A DNA stretch of 63,838 nucleotides, the filler included, from Intoshia linei (lineage: Eukaryota; Animalia; Orthonectida), in the NCBI GenBank assembly GCA_001642005.1. It is 4 parts of 4 records of this genome, joined end to end, with 100 filler letters (N's around TTAATTAATTAA, not from the genome) between each part and the next. Parts side by side here need not be neighbours in the genome. Positions count along the whole stretch, not along the records: positions 25,436 to 42,129 come from LWCA01000845.1; 3 more parts are not named here. One strand, 5' to 3'. The notes below the pieces were generated by a model. That model made no database searches. It was given only the letters and a program-made list of their open reading frames with translations, and was not told the DNA's origin. Below, piece by piece: positions 26,763-39,500 of this stretch. Position numbers and translations under genes: made by a program. Each line of letters opens with the position of its first letter. Within the stretch, counting starts at the first letter, position 1.

Positions 26763-28600
26763 CTTAAATACTATCCAAAATGTCAAATAATATTGATGCT
26801 AATGTTAAACCGTTTTTCAATCGATAAGAAACTGCATAGGTTTGTAGTTCTTTTAGATTGTTAACAAATAATAATTTTTTTTGGAAAAATTACTTTAGAA
26901 CTTTCTTTAGAATATGAACAATTTTGCAAGTACTTGCATACAAATGTTTTTTCATAAGAATAAACTTTCTCATCATTCAAAAAGAAATTAAAAATTTTTT
27001 CATACAATTCACATTTTTTATGAATATATTCGTTAATTACAGATTTTGTTGATGTTAAAATTTCATAAATTATTTTAGCAAATCTAAATTATAAAAAAAA
27101 TATTTAAATTTATATTTTAAAATTATTTACTTGAGGTAATATTCTTCATCAACATTACCAATTAATATATCTATACATTTTTGCAAGTTGACAGTTTTGC
27201 ATAAACTAATTATAAAGAAATTTAACATACTGAATTTAGATGGAGTTTTAAAACGAGGGCAAGTTTTTCAACAAAGTTAAAAATGAAAACAGATATGGGC
27301 ACAAATAAAAGTAAAATCACGTAAAAGTTTGGAATTGTAATTTCGATTCTGTAAAGTTTACACTGTAAACCAGCCATTCTCAACGGGGTCCATGAAAATT
27401 ATATACATGTATTACATATTGGCGCACTATCAAAAGATCGTAAAAAAATAAACTTCATAACTAAACTAAATAATGTAAATTGAATTGGATAAAAAATATT
27501 CTCTGGTGTGTACACCATAGAATATTTTTATTTTTTTTTGTAATATGGTTTGTAGGTATAATATGATATCTTAATATTTTAGTTTTAACTTGGGTCTGTA
27601 GTCTAAATTAAATAAACTAGTTAATGAATTATTTAAATTAAACTTAAACAAAATAAATACGATCTTTTGATTTACGATCATTTGACTACGATCATGTGAT
27701 TTTACAATCTTTTGATTTACGATTATGTGACTTACGATATTGTAAACGGACACGTTACATATTATATATTTAACTGATTTATTTGATATGACTTTCCACA
27801 AAATTATCCGGAACTATGGAAAGTTGCACGACTTTATTTTATTGCCTTCCCATCAACGTATTTAGTTGAATGTAGATTCAGTTACGTAGTTTTATTGTCA
27901 AAAAGAAGGAATAGATTAGATACAGTCAAAAGAGGAGATCTAAGGTTAGCTTTATCAAATTTAGAACTTGATATAGAACTACTTGTAAAAAATTAATGCC
28001 AAAGATCTCATTAATTAACATCATAATATAATATGTTAGTATTAACATTTAAAAATTTGTTTAATATTAATAGTTCAGCAACTTTATCATCTCGAAAAAC
28101 TAGAGTAGTCCATCTCATTTGGCCATCATTCGTTTCACCCAAATGTAATGAATCATTAGTAATGATTCATTAAAAATTGTAATTATTATTAATTTTTTTG
28201 GGGGTCCACAACGAAAAATGGTTGAGAATGCTTGCTGTAAACCATGACATGATGAGTCATAATTTAAATTCAACTGACTAATTTGTAAAATTTCTAGAAA
28301 GTACATTAGTGTATTAGAAATAAACCAACCACGTTAAACTCATTTGAATAAAATAGATACTAATTTGTAATTTGTTTGTTATTATTCATATATTCAGTTA
28401 AAAGATTTTCGTCATTCAGCAAAAGTTCAAAAGCGCCTTCCTAAAATGGAATATACTTCTAAAGAAAGAAAAAAACTGATTCGTTAAGATTACATTCCAA
28501 TATTTTTGCTCCATTAACTATTTCATTCTCTAGATCCACGTCATCCCAAAACATTGCCAAATATATAATCAAAATTACAATATCAAAGTGACATGGCAAT
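26763..28600 (-). pseudogene. Possible highly divergent NMDA-type ionotropic glutamate receptor (S1 end, M1, S2 remnants)
   Basis: VILLLFVPISVFIFNFVEKTCP (M1-like), NFFLNDEKVYSYE, KLLFVNNLKELQTYAVSYRLKNGLTLASILFDIL (S2-like); needs one frameshift or intron and contains stops; motif matching by eye only. Confidence 0.35.
27371..28234 (+). mobile_element. Internally deleted hAT Buster/SCAND3-like element
   Basis: TIR CAGCCATTCTCAAC/GTTGAGAATGCTTG; TSD CTGTAAAC; FIAFPSTYLVECRFS...KRRNRLDTVKRGDLRLALSNLE at 27835-27990. Confidence 0.88.
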
Positions 28601-28703
28601 ATAAAAATATCATTATATTGATTCTAATGAATAAATAAAACGCTACTGCATTGGGATAAACCTGTTGATAACTTGAAAATAATTTGTACATTGATACGTT
28701 TAA

Positions 28704-29708
28704 TCATTTTTTAATTCTTTTACATGGTGGTGCATTATAATTTTCTTGGTTATAAAATTTTTTGAGTAAATTAACACTATCAAAATTTTCAGCATAAGAA
28801 ATATTTAAAACTGGTAAGTTTTCTCGTTTGTCTGTTGCAACGTTGACAAAATGGGTTCCACCGAATCGATCGTTTCTTGTACAGCAAATGACATTTAAAA
28901 TTTCACTTCGACGCAATGCGTCCGTGCACATAATGCACGGTTCCATTGTGATATAAAGACGTAAATCGTCGCAATTCAAAGCGTTGAAAATGTTTTGATC
29001 ATTTTCATTTTTATATTCATTTTTCAGTAAATTTTGATTAATTAAAAGGTTGTATAAATCTGGAGAAGGTCCTATATTTTGATCATTTTGTAAAAAATTA
29101 TATTGCCTTAAATCAACATTTATACAAAGTTTTATATATTTTTCTATAATTATCATTTCAGCGTGTTTTAATGGATTCTAAATTTGTTTAAAAATTATAT
29201 TATGTAAAATCTATTATTATAATTACTAAATTTTGAACGAATAACTCAACATTTAGTAATCAAATGATGAAAACACTTTTGACAATAAAAAGAGGTGGTT
29301 GATAAATTATAGAGACCTGTAGGGATATGAAGTCCTCTCATACAGACGGGAGCTATCGATAATTTTATAGTTTATTACCGTTACCGTTAAAAAAAGGGGT
29401 TTGCATCTCTCCAATTCGTACAGAAACCATAATTAGGTTTTACAAAAATGATTTGGATACATTCGTAGTCGATTCAATGTCACAAAATACAAAAGTAGAT
29501 TAATTTTGATCATAATTTACTGAATTTGAAAAATTAATGAAAATTAATGAATTACATGAGTTTTGTTTGTTTCATTTGATGCGCTACATAAAATATATTT
29601 TGACTTATAAACTAGTACAGCCCCAATTGGTGTTTCACCGTGTTTATAGGCATTTTCGGCTGCTTCAAAAGCACAATTCATCCAATTTTTCATTAAATCA
29701 AGGTCCAT
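28704..29708 (-). CDS. ADAT2: tRNA-specific adenosine-34 deaminase subunit 2, 2 exons (intron 29555-29178)
   Basis: GETPIGAVLV...NETNKTH|NPLKHAEM...LYITMEPCIMC...NDRFGG...LLKKFYNQENYNAP. Confidence 0.92.
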
Positions 29709-30509
29709 TAAAAAGTAAATTTTAGTGAATTTATAATGCAAATTTAGATTTTCTGCAAAAATTTGTTCATTCTTACATACATTTACTTGAATTTTGTTAA
29801 TGTTATTTTATAATTAATTTTAAATTGAATTGAATTTTATTTACATTTTAATTTGTACTTAAAAAACATCTATCACATTGCATAAGAAAAACATAAACAA
29901 CACTGAAAGAATCGTATAATTTTAGAACTATTTTTTTAATTGAAACCAAAGCTTTATTGTTACATTTTGATGAGATGATATAATTCGCATTCAATTTTAA
30001 AATTTAATTTTTTTTTTTGAAAAAATTCACATCTTATTTATTGTGCAGTGCAGTTTATATCTCTCTGTAAGTTTGTTATAAGGTAATTGTTACATGTCCG
30101 ATGACGAGTTAACTTGTAGAAAAAGGTTGCAGACTTTACTGTGACATCAGAAATTTTGATTCAAAATCGGTCCCATATTCAAAGTTCAACAGGACCACCA
30201 TGCAAATTTTACATATCACGAGTCGCTACCATAAAAATTTAAAATATATTGTTAATTTAAGATTATTATCACTGATCAGCCTTATCTATTATCTTAATAA
30301 AAATAAAATAATATAATTATAATTTATATCTTAATGAGAACTCTTTTACGGTTAATAATAACGTTTATAAGAAGCCACCCGGAAACGTGTCCGATTAAAA
30401 ATTTGTTAATTATTGATTGATAGGATCGGCGGAAAGAATTAAAAATAATAATTAATAATTTAGTTAAAATTGATTTTTTTTGTATAGACATTAATTGTTC
30501 ATCGCCCTG

Positions 30510-33500
30510 AATGTAATTAAAATATAATAAATGGAGAGGATACTGATAGGATGTAGGATTGTAATCCAATAAGACAGCTAAGGTTGGTTCGGGATGGTAA
30601 GTTTTGTAGAATGTCGGTCAGTACAGGGTTGTACAATACACGTGTATATAAATTTAATGAATCCACTAAAATTTTTTTAAAAAATTAGCAATATCTAAAA
30701 ATTGTATCTTTAGAATTTCACAATTTGTATTAGTTTCTAATCTTGATTTTGATTTTTCGTTAATTTTTGTTTCAAAATATTTTTCAAATTCAATACAATA
30801 TAAAATTTTTGTATTGTCCCATATTTCCCCGTTGATTGTTACCTAAAAATTACATTATATTAATATTATGTAATATTAATATAAAATTTTATAAAATAAA
30901 ACATGTATTTCTTTAGTTATTATGTTTATTACAGTCAAGTCCTAATTAACGGAATTGAAAATTCCGTAATTCCGTAATATGGAATTTCCCCCATAATATC
31001 ACCCTTGTTAACGGAATTTAATATTTTTAAATGGTCATATTTCTTGTTATTATGAGTTTTTGAATGATACAAGAAGAAGTAATATACACAAAACATTATC
31101 GAGGGGTTATCATCAGTTTTTTGGGTCTATGAAAAATTTTATAAATTTTAAATTATTTACAGAAATAAAATAAAGTTGAAAATGATATTTCCGCAATGAT
31201 AGTAATTATTTCTAATTAACGTCATTTAATTTAATATTTATAAAAATTTGATAAAAAATGTAACAAATTGACTTTTAATTAGTAAAAAAATTAGTTTATA
31301 TTTATGATAGTCATTAAAAATAGATTCTAGAGGTTTAGATATAAAATTTTTATAACGGAATTTTTGGTTTATACAAATTCGTTAAGAAAAATTAAATAAT
31401 TCAAAATTCCGTTAAAATGGAATTTCCAATAACAAAAATTCCGCTAATAAGAAATTGTACTGTATTATTAGAAATCAATCTAAAAAAATTCAATATGTGG
31501 TTTTTATCATGAAAATACACTTTTGGGTTAGGCATTTATGATAATCTTTAATCATACATAGACAATGCCTATGTAACATATTAATTGTGATTTTTAAATT
31601 ATGTCATTTTTTTGAAATTTTTGTTTTTTATCATCTTTAAATCCCTCGTTATAACAACAATTATACCTCTCCATCCATAATATAATACATAGCATAAATA
31701 TCATCTTGAATTTTGGTTATAATCTGATTTTTATGGAACAAATTTTGTTCAATCATTATAGATAATTGATTATATACGCCTTCAGAATAATTAGGACAAA
31801 TCTTTTTGAAATTATCTTTAAACTAAATAAATTAAATAAAAAATAAATTTTGATATACAGTGTAAATCAAAATCCATATCTGTGTATATATTTTTTTAAA
31901 TTCTCCAACTCGTTTGATTTTCAAAAAAAAGGACAATTGAGGTTTTTGACCTGTAAGATGTGATTTTGCGAAAATCCCCGGTAAAAACTGTAATTGAAAT
32001 GTGGACTTTATAAAATTCTAAAACGAGTAGTTATTTAAATAAAATGGAACACACACACAAACAAAAATCGCGTAGAATATTATATAAGTAAGGATTATTG
32101 GTTTTTATGTTAAAAATTTTAAATTCCGATTAATCGGATAATCGTTGTTCAAATAACCGGAATTATTCGATAACCGGTTTTTTAAATTTTTGAATAATCA
32201 GGCCTCCATATTATACACCTCACAAAAAAAAATTTTTGAATCAATAATATAAGTACAAAGCATTACATTACATACAAAGTACGAATATTATTTTATTGTA
32301 ATTATACAATGTATTAGTATATTATAATTTTATTTATTACCTTTTCCATAAATTTAGAAGCATATTTTGACATAAATTTACATTTTATACAATAACTTAA
32401 AGGAGAAATGAGTTCCACCAATGAAACATTTTTGATATAATTCCATTTGTATTCCATGTGATTTAAAGACAAGGAAATTAATTCTTCATCGACTTTTGCA
32501 TTTTTCAGTGTATTCTAATAAAACTGGTTCAAAAAATATAATATAAATAATAATACATTATTATTTATAGAGTTTTGATAATTTTGGAGTGAGTACTGAA
32601 TTGGATCAAAAAAATTACAATGTACTAATAAAAATACATCAATAATTGAGATACTCAACCAGGACACCACATAATGTAGTGTATAATAACAATTAATTAA
32701 TAAAAAATGAATTACCTTTATAGCAAACACTTTATTTGTGAAATTTAAATGTAATACATTATTATTCGAAATAGCAGAATCGAGTGTACTGAATACATAT
32801 GTCAACACTACTTTCGCCATTATCATAGTAAATACCGACATTACTAAAATTTAATAATATAAAAACTGTGCTTCCCAAATACAGGCTGCGAAATATTACT
32901 GACACTTGTTAAAAATTTTGAAAATTAAAAATTGAATTAACGTGACGTCAAAAAATGATGTCTCAACAATTTTCATTGAAAACTCGAACAAACTTTGCAT
33001 TTTATATAGTAATGGTGAATAGAATCAAAAACTTATTATGATTTTTTTAAATCTAATATCTAATTTACATTCATTCAATTTAATTACATCTTTCAGTAGT
33101 ATTAACAGCATGAATATTTCCAAATCCTATAGTAGTAATTGTTGTAAAACTCCAATACAATGCGATAGAATATGCATAAAATTTACGAAATCCCTTTGAT
33201 TCCAATTCTAAATTATTATTATTATTAAACATGCCAATAAAATGATATCCGAGTCTTATAAACATTTTTAAATGATAGTAATATGTAACTGACGCCATAT
33301 ATGAAATTAAAATTACCATGATAATTGACCCATGAAATAGGGTAGCATTCACCAACTGGACAAGAAATCCAATACCACAAACAACAAATAACATGAGCCA
33401 AAATTGCTATGTATATTGTCAATTTAAATATTGTTATGTATATTGTACTACAAGAAATATCAGTTAGACAAAAATTAATATAAAACAAATTTACTTGACA

Positions 33501-36500
33501 TCAACACGTTGTTCCAGATTTTTAAAGGTAGCAATAACTCTAAAAATTCTAACAATTCGTACAAGTTTCACATAACTTAAAATTTTCAATTGATGATAAT
33601 ATTGATAAAAACAGACCAAAAATTCCCAATTAATAATTGGTAAAATATCAACTATAATGACAGAAGGTTGAGTCAAATAATTGTAAAATATTTTTCTAAT
33701 ATCAGTTATCAATATTCCACCATCGTCACGATATGCAATATGGCTTTTAATAAAAATTATCTAAATTTAATAGAAAATTAACGATAAAAATAAATTGATA
33801 TCATTACATCTAATAGATAGAAATATTCATAAACATGTAAATAGTATTGCAAAAATAAACCATAATCAGTAAATGCCGCCTAAACTTATTTCAAATTTTA
33901 CATTTTCATATTTCAAAATTACATCGTATATCACAGAAAAATAATTAAAAATTATTAGGGTTGACATTATCACATTTTCTAATATTATGAAATTAGACTC
34001 TGGTTCAAAGTGATAATCCAATATGTTAATTATCCATTTCATTAATACATTTTCTTTTACTGAATTGTTTGAAATGTTTGATTCTAAAATTGTTACATTT
34101 TATTATAAATATCAATAATTATAATTTAAATGGTAAAAACTATAAAATTGTAAATTAATAATAGTTATTTATTTCATTTCACTATTTATCTCACAATTAA
34201 AAAAGTATCTGAAAAATTATCATTTCTTTTTTAGAACAATTTCCATACGCATAATTTTTATATAATTAACCCATATACTCCCAGACAAATTTTTCCAATT
34301 TTTTGGCTTCGATTTTTCCAAAAATTTGGTAAGTTAATACATACTTACCTATTTTTCACCATATAAAATTTTAAATAATTACCAATTGTAGCTATGCAGT
34401 TATTTCACATTCCATATGTTCACATTGGGAGAATAAGGCAAATAAAAGCGTGTATATATAAAACCGCATCGTAATATACCTAATTATTTCATCAAATTGT
34501 AGCCAAGTACATGAATTCATAATATGGTATTCATTAAATTCAGTTATCACAACTTTAACAAAAAAAATATAAAAAATTTTTTCAGTTAATTTTTTTTTAC
34601 TTTGAAAAATCATTTTGGCTCACTGTCAGTGACACACGAGGCTAATCTGTTAAAACTCATAACTAATATACTCGAATGTTATATAATATACTAATTAATT
34701 TAATTTTTCATATTTAATTAACTTTGTTTCAATTTGATACGTGTTTTTATAAATGTAATGTTGTGTGACCATATGGTCCCACTGGGAGTATATGGGTTAA
34801 TATGAATCAATAATTACCACAACTATAAAATTTTGTTGAATTATCACACTCTGTATCAGCATTAGCATCATTTACTGGATAATTAAATTATAAATATTTA
34901 ATAATATTTACTCGATTCAATCTAAACATTTTTATTGGATTATTTTTCTATTTCGCTAATTTTGCACAAAATAGACACTTTTTAGAGATTTTAATGGATG
35001 TTACCATGTTGACATAATAAAAAGATAGGAATATAGCAGAGCCTAACCTACTGCACCGAGACCCCTCCTCGGGAAGCATCGACGAAGCACGTAATTTAAT
35101 TGTGCATTTAATTTCTATGTTAAAAGAGTTTGTCCTTTTGTTCATAAAAACGGGTAAAACTACACCGTAGGGGAAAAATGAGTTGAAAAGTTGAGAACCA
35201 CTGGATTAGATATATTAATTTTACACCATTTATAAAAGTATGTGTTACTTGTTTAGAGAGTTCATTAACACAATTTTCATTTAAAAAATTTTCCATATCT
35301 ATATAATCTTTGATAAAATGCAATTTGTCCTGTGATAATACAAATAAATCACAATCTTCCATCGCCCTAAAATAATTTCAAAATTCTAGCTACATATTGT
35401 ATTTTGAAACTATAAAATGACGAAATTGAGATTTATTTAACGTAAATTTCACAAAATTCTATAAAATGAACATAACAGCTAAAAACCTCAAAAACTCTAG
35501 CTGTCACAAATCGAAAATAAAATTACATTTAGAAAAAAAAACACGTAATTATTACAGACGTTCATTTTCTAGAGCAGTGGTTTCGGATTAAAATAGTGTA
35601 CGGACCCAAAGAAAACATGAAACAAAACATTTATGAAAATATATTTTTTTAAAATTTTTTCTCATAAGATTGAGTAAAATTGAATTTTTTATTTTGGGTT
35701 TTAGATTAGAAAGTTGTTGCTCATAAGTTTTGGTAAGATGGGATTTTTACAAAAAATAATGGAAAAAGAGGATATTTGCCTTACGCGTTGCTAAAATAGT
35801 ATTTTCATTTTGGTTTTAGAATAAGAAGTTTTCTTATAAGATTTGATAAAATCTTATTTTTCAAAAAAATATGAGAAAAAGTGGATTTTTCCTTTACTGG
35901 TTTAAATCTATATTTTTTATTAAATTTTATTAATCATACAAGTGGAATTTTTAAAATAATAACGTACCGGTCATTTAGGTTTTGGGATAAATTCCCAACA
36001 TCTGGCAAATTTGAAATAAATGTTAAAAATTAATAAAAATTGATAAATTGTTTTATTTTTTATTTAAATCTCACGCACCCCAGCAATATAGTTTGTACCT
36101 CCAGGGGGTCCAGGGACCCCAATCGGTAACCACTGCTCTAGACATTTATTTGAACGTTGTATTGGTGAGGGATACATCTTAAATTATATATTAATATCAT
36201 ATGAGTAATATCATATTACTAATTTTTTCATGAAATTTTTGCTGATTTTTATAGGGAAAATTTAATTCACCGATTTTTATTTTATATAATTAATAATAAT
36301 AATATTTTATTTGAAGATAATTTAGGGTCCAAAATTTGGTTGGGTTATTAAGAGATTTTTTTTATTTAATTTTTTAAAAATTTTAAAGCGAATTTTGCGA
36401 CACAAATTTTATAGGGTTTTAAGAAAATGTTTTTTTCACCTAACTTTTAAAGAATTTGAAGATTTCTTAAAAGCTCTACAAAATTTTGGTCGCAAATTTA

Positions 36501-39500
36501 TCAAAATATTTAATAAATGTTCCCTTAAAAACCCTACTAAATTTTGGGACCAAAATTATCTTCAAAATCTTTAAAAATTACCAATAAACATTTAAAAAAT
36601 AAGCACTAAGGATTATTTATATTCTACATACAAAAATTCTCATTAAACATTAAAAAACTAATTTGAATAATTTGGCCAGCCCTTAAAAACCCTGGTAAAT
36701 GTACTTTTTACAAAAATTTGTCGTCTATATAAATTTTTGTAACAATTATGCACCCGAAAATTTTTTTTAAATAAACTGAATCCATATTAATAATTAAATA
36801 ATAATAAATATTAACTGAATAATTATTGATAAAATATATAATTTACTTATACAAATTATCGAAGTAATTTTAATTTTAAATATACATGATGTGGTTTTTT
36901 ATCTTAAATACATGATATACCATAATACATAGCACAAATAACATAACATACAAGTAGAAGAGATCTGCAATACGGTTCGAAGCACGAACTTTAAAATTTC
37001 ATCGATAACATAACCATAAATTGGTCATATCGTCAAATAATAATATAATTGTACTTATGACCGTATTGCAGAGCTATAATTATATCATTACATTGCACTA
37101 AATAAATTTTTTTTGAATGCACGACCAGACAATTTTCCAAAAAATTCACCAATCTGTAATGTCTTGTCATCACTTTTAAATCTAGAAATTTGTACTGAAC
37201 CACGAAATATGAAATAAATCTAAATAATAAAATTATTACATTGTTACTATAAATTTATTATAATTGCAAATATTTTAAAATAAATTTACATTTTCAGTGA
37301 TGTGGCTATTTTCAACGATATATTCATTTTTGGGATAAAACTCTATTGAACAAATTTTTGACAATGTTTTTAATATACATTCATCAGCATTTTGAAAAAT
37401 CGAAATCTAATTATAAAAAAATTTCCGCTGAAATTTTTCTTAATAAAAAATAAAAACCCGTTTTAAATTATCCCTGTATAAATTTAGAGCCAAATCATCC
37501 ATCATTGAATTTGGAAATCCTTGAAATATGGATTGATAATTTGCATATTTACTGCGTTTCCAAACATAAATGTAATAATCTAACGCATTTTTGATTAATT
37601 TTTTTGGAAAAAGATGATACTAAAAAATGTGTATAATGAAAAATTTAAATTAATTTGAGTTAATTATTTATTGTTTTTCGTTAACCAGATTTATTAAGTT
37701 ACCGTCATAAAATCTTTTAATATAAGAGATTTTGCGCAATATTCAGATCTCTCGTTGTCTAAATTAACAATAAGAGAAGCTTCATTAGCCATAATGTGCC
37801 CAATAAACATTGTTCCAAGTATCATTAGAATGATACTAAATATTAACTAAACGAATAAGATAAATTATAATAATAATTATCAATTTAATAAATACATGTA
37901 GTTACTAAAATTAATACTAAAAAAGACTAATTCCATCTTAATATTACTTATAAAACACCTGTAAAAATTTCATCAAAATGTTTTTTATTTCCAAAAACAT
38001 TTATAACCATTAAAATTTCACATGTTGTGATGTAGTCTATTATTTCTTTTTCTGTACCCTTTTAATACATATTTATATATTTTTAAACATACTTCATTAT
38101 CCAATTTACCAATAATGTCGCCATAACCTACTGTTGTTACTGTGGCTGTTGTCCAATACATGGCTAATGAATACACTGACCAATTGTTGTTAATTCCTAA
38201 TAATTTGTTACGGTGAGTAATATTTATTATATTAAACCTAAATCAACTACTTTGTTACTTATCCAAGATCCGTAATTACAAATTTGTTGAGAATTTTCCG
38301 AGTTCATTTGATCAGCGAAAAAACATGAATTGTGTATTATAAAACAGGTTATAATATGAATAAAAATCAAAACATAGAATATTAGCAATACATGTCTATA
38401 ATGTTTTTTATAAAATTATTATACATGTATAGTTTTAAGTGTTTTAAATTTAAAAAATACGTTAACAAGTTTGAATTATCTTTGACGATACTTTTTAAAG
38501 ACTTGATGGCTTTATGAAATCTTAATAATCGTATGTAACGGAACACGACAAGGATAAGGAGATAGTTATTCACTAAGATAAAAGTCAAAACTATATATAA
38601 AATTAATTATAAATACATACCTCCATAATCATCATTATATAATACAAATAACTCAAATGGGATTATTGAAACAAAATCACTAATAAAATTATTATTTAAA
38701 TAATTTTTCGCTGTATAGATTGGATGAATAATTAATTCATTTTCCTCGTTATAATAAGCCATATTGAATTTTGTAAATCTAAATTCAAACTAAATGGGGA
38801 TTAAATTCATTGACACAGAACATTGTCACAATTGAACCCTTCCTAAACATTTAAAAATGTGAAAATGTCAATAATAACAAAATAAAAATGTGACAAATAT
38901 GTTCAATGCCAAGTGTATATACAAAATGTGGAACAAAATAAAATTGTTATTTTTAATGTTCCATTCGACATACCCTGTAGAAACTACTTTTAGTGCAGCT
39001 GTAAATATACTCAATAAGAAGAGAATCCGATTAAATATTGTAAATCGAAAATACCTGTTATTAAATCAAACCAATTTGAAACCGGATATAAAAAAAATTC
39101 GAATATTATGTAATTAAGATCCTCGAAAAGTTATCTATTCAATTTTAAATGGGGATTAATTAATTTTTCAGTATTTAATTAAAATACTGACATTTTTTGT
39201 ATTTTTAACATAAAATTGTCAGTATACACACTAAAATATCAGTAATAAAAAGTATTTTGTCAGTATTCAATTACATATTTGTCAGTTTTTAATTGCTTTC
39301 TTGTCAGTACATAATTGCATTTTTGTCAGTAAATATATTAACTAGATCAGTATTCCTCGAAAATTGTAAATAACTCAACAAAAAAGTAATAAAAATAAAC
39401 AAATTTTATAAAATAATATTTTTTCAGTAAAAAAATTGAATTGTAAGTTTGATGATTTTCGAGTGTCAATAAAAAAATTAAAAATTTAGTTTTTGAAATA

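Noticed and set aside
28704-29708. ADAT2 nested in a channel intron
   Set aside because: The channel CNBD2 can terminate near 30510 and the exons at 26300-27350 do not resemble a third channel repeat
34392-34613. 73-aa ORF
   Set aside because: Lies within a piggyBac MITE; the second copy at 25436 is frameshifted
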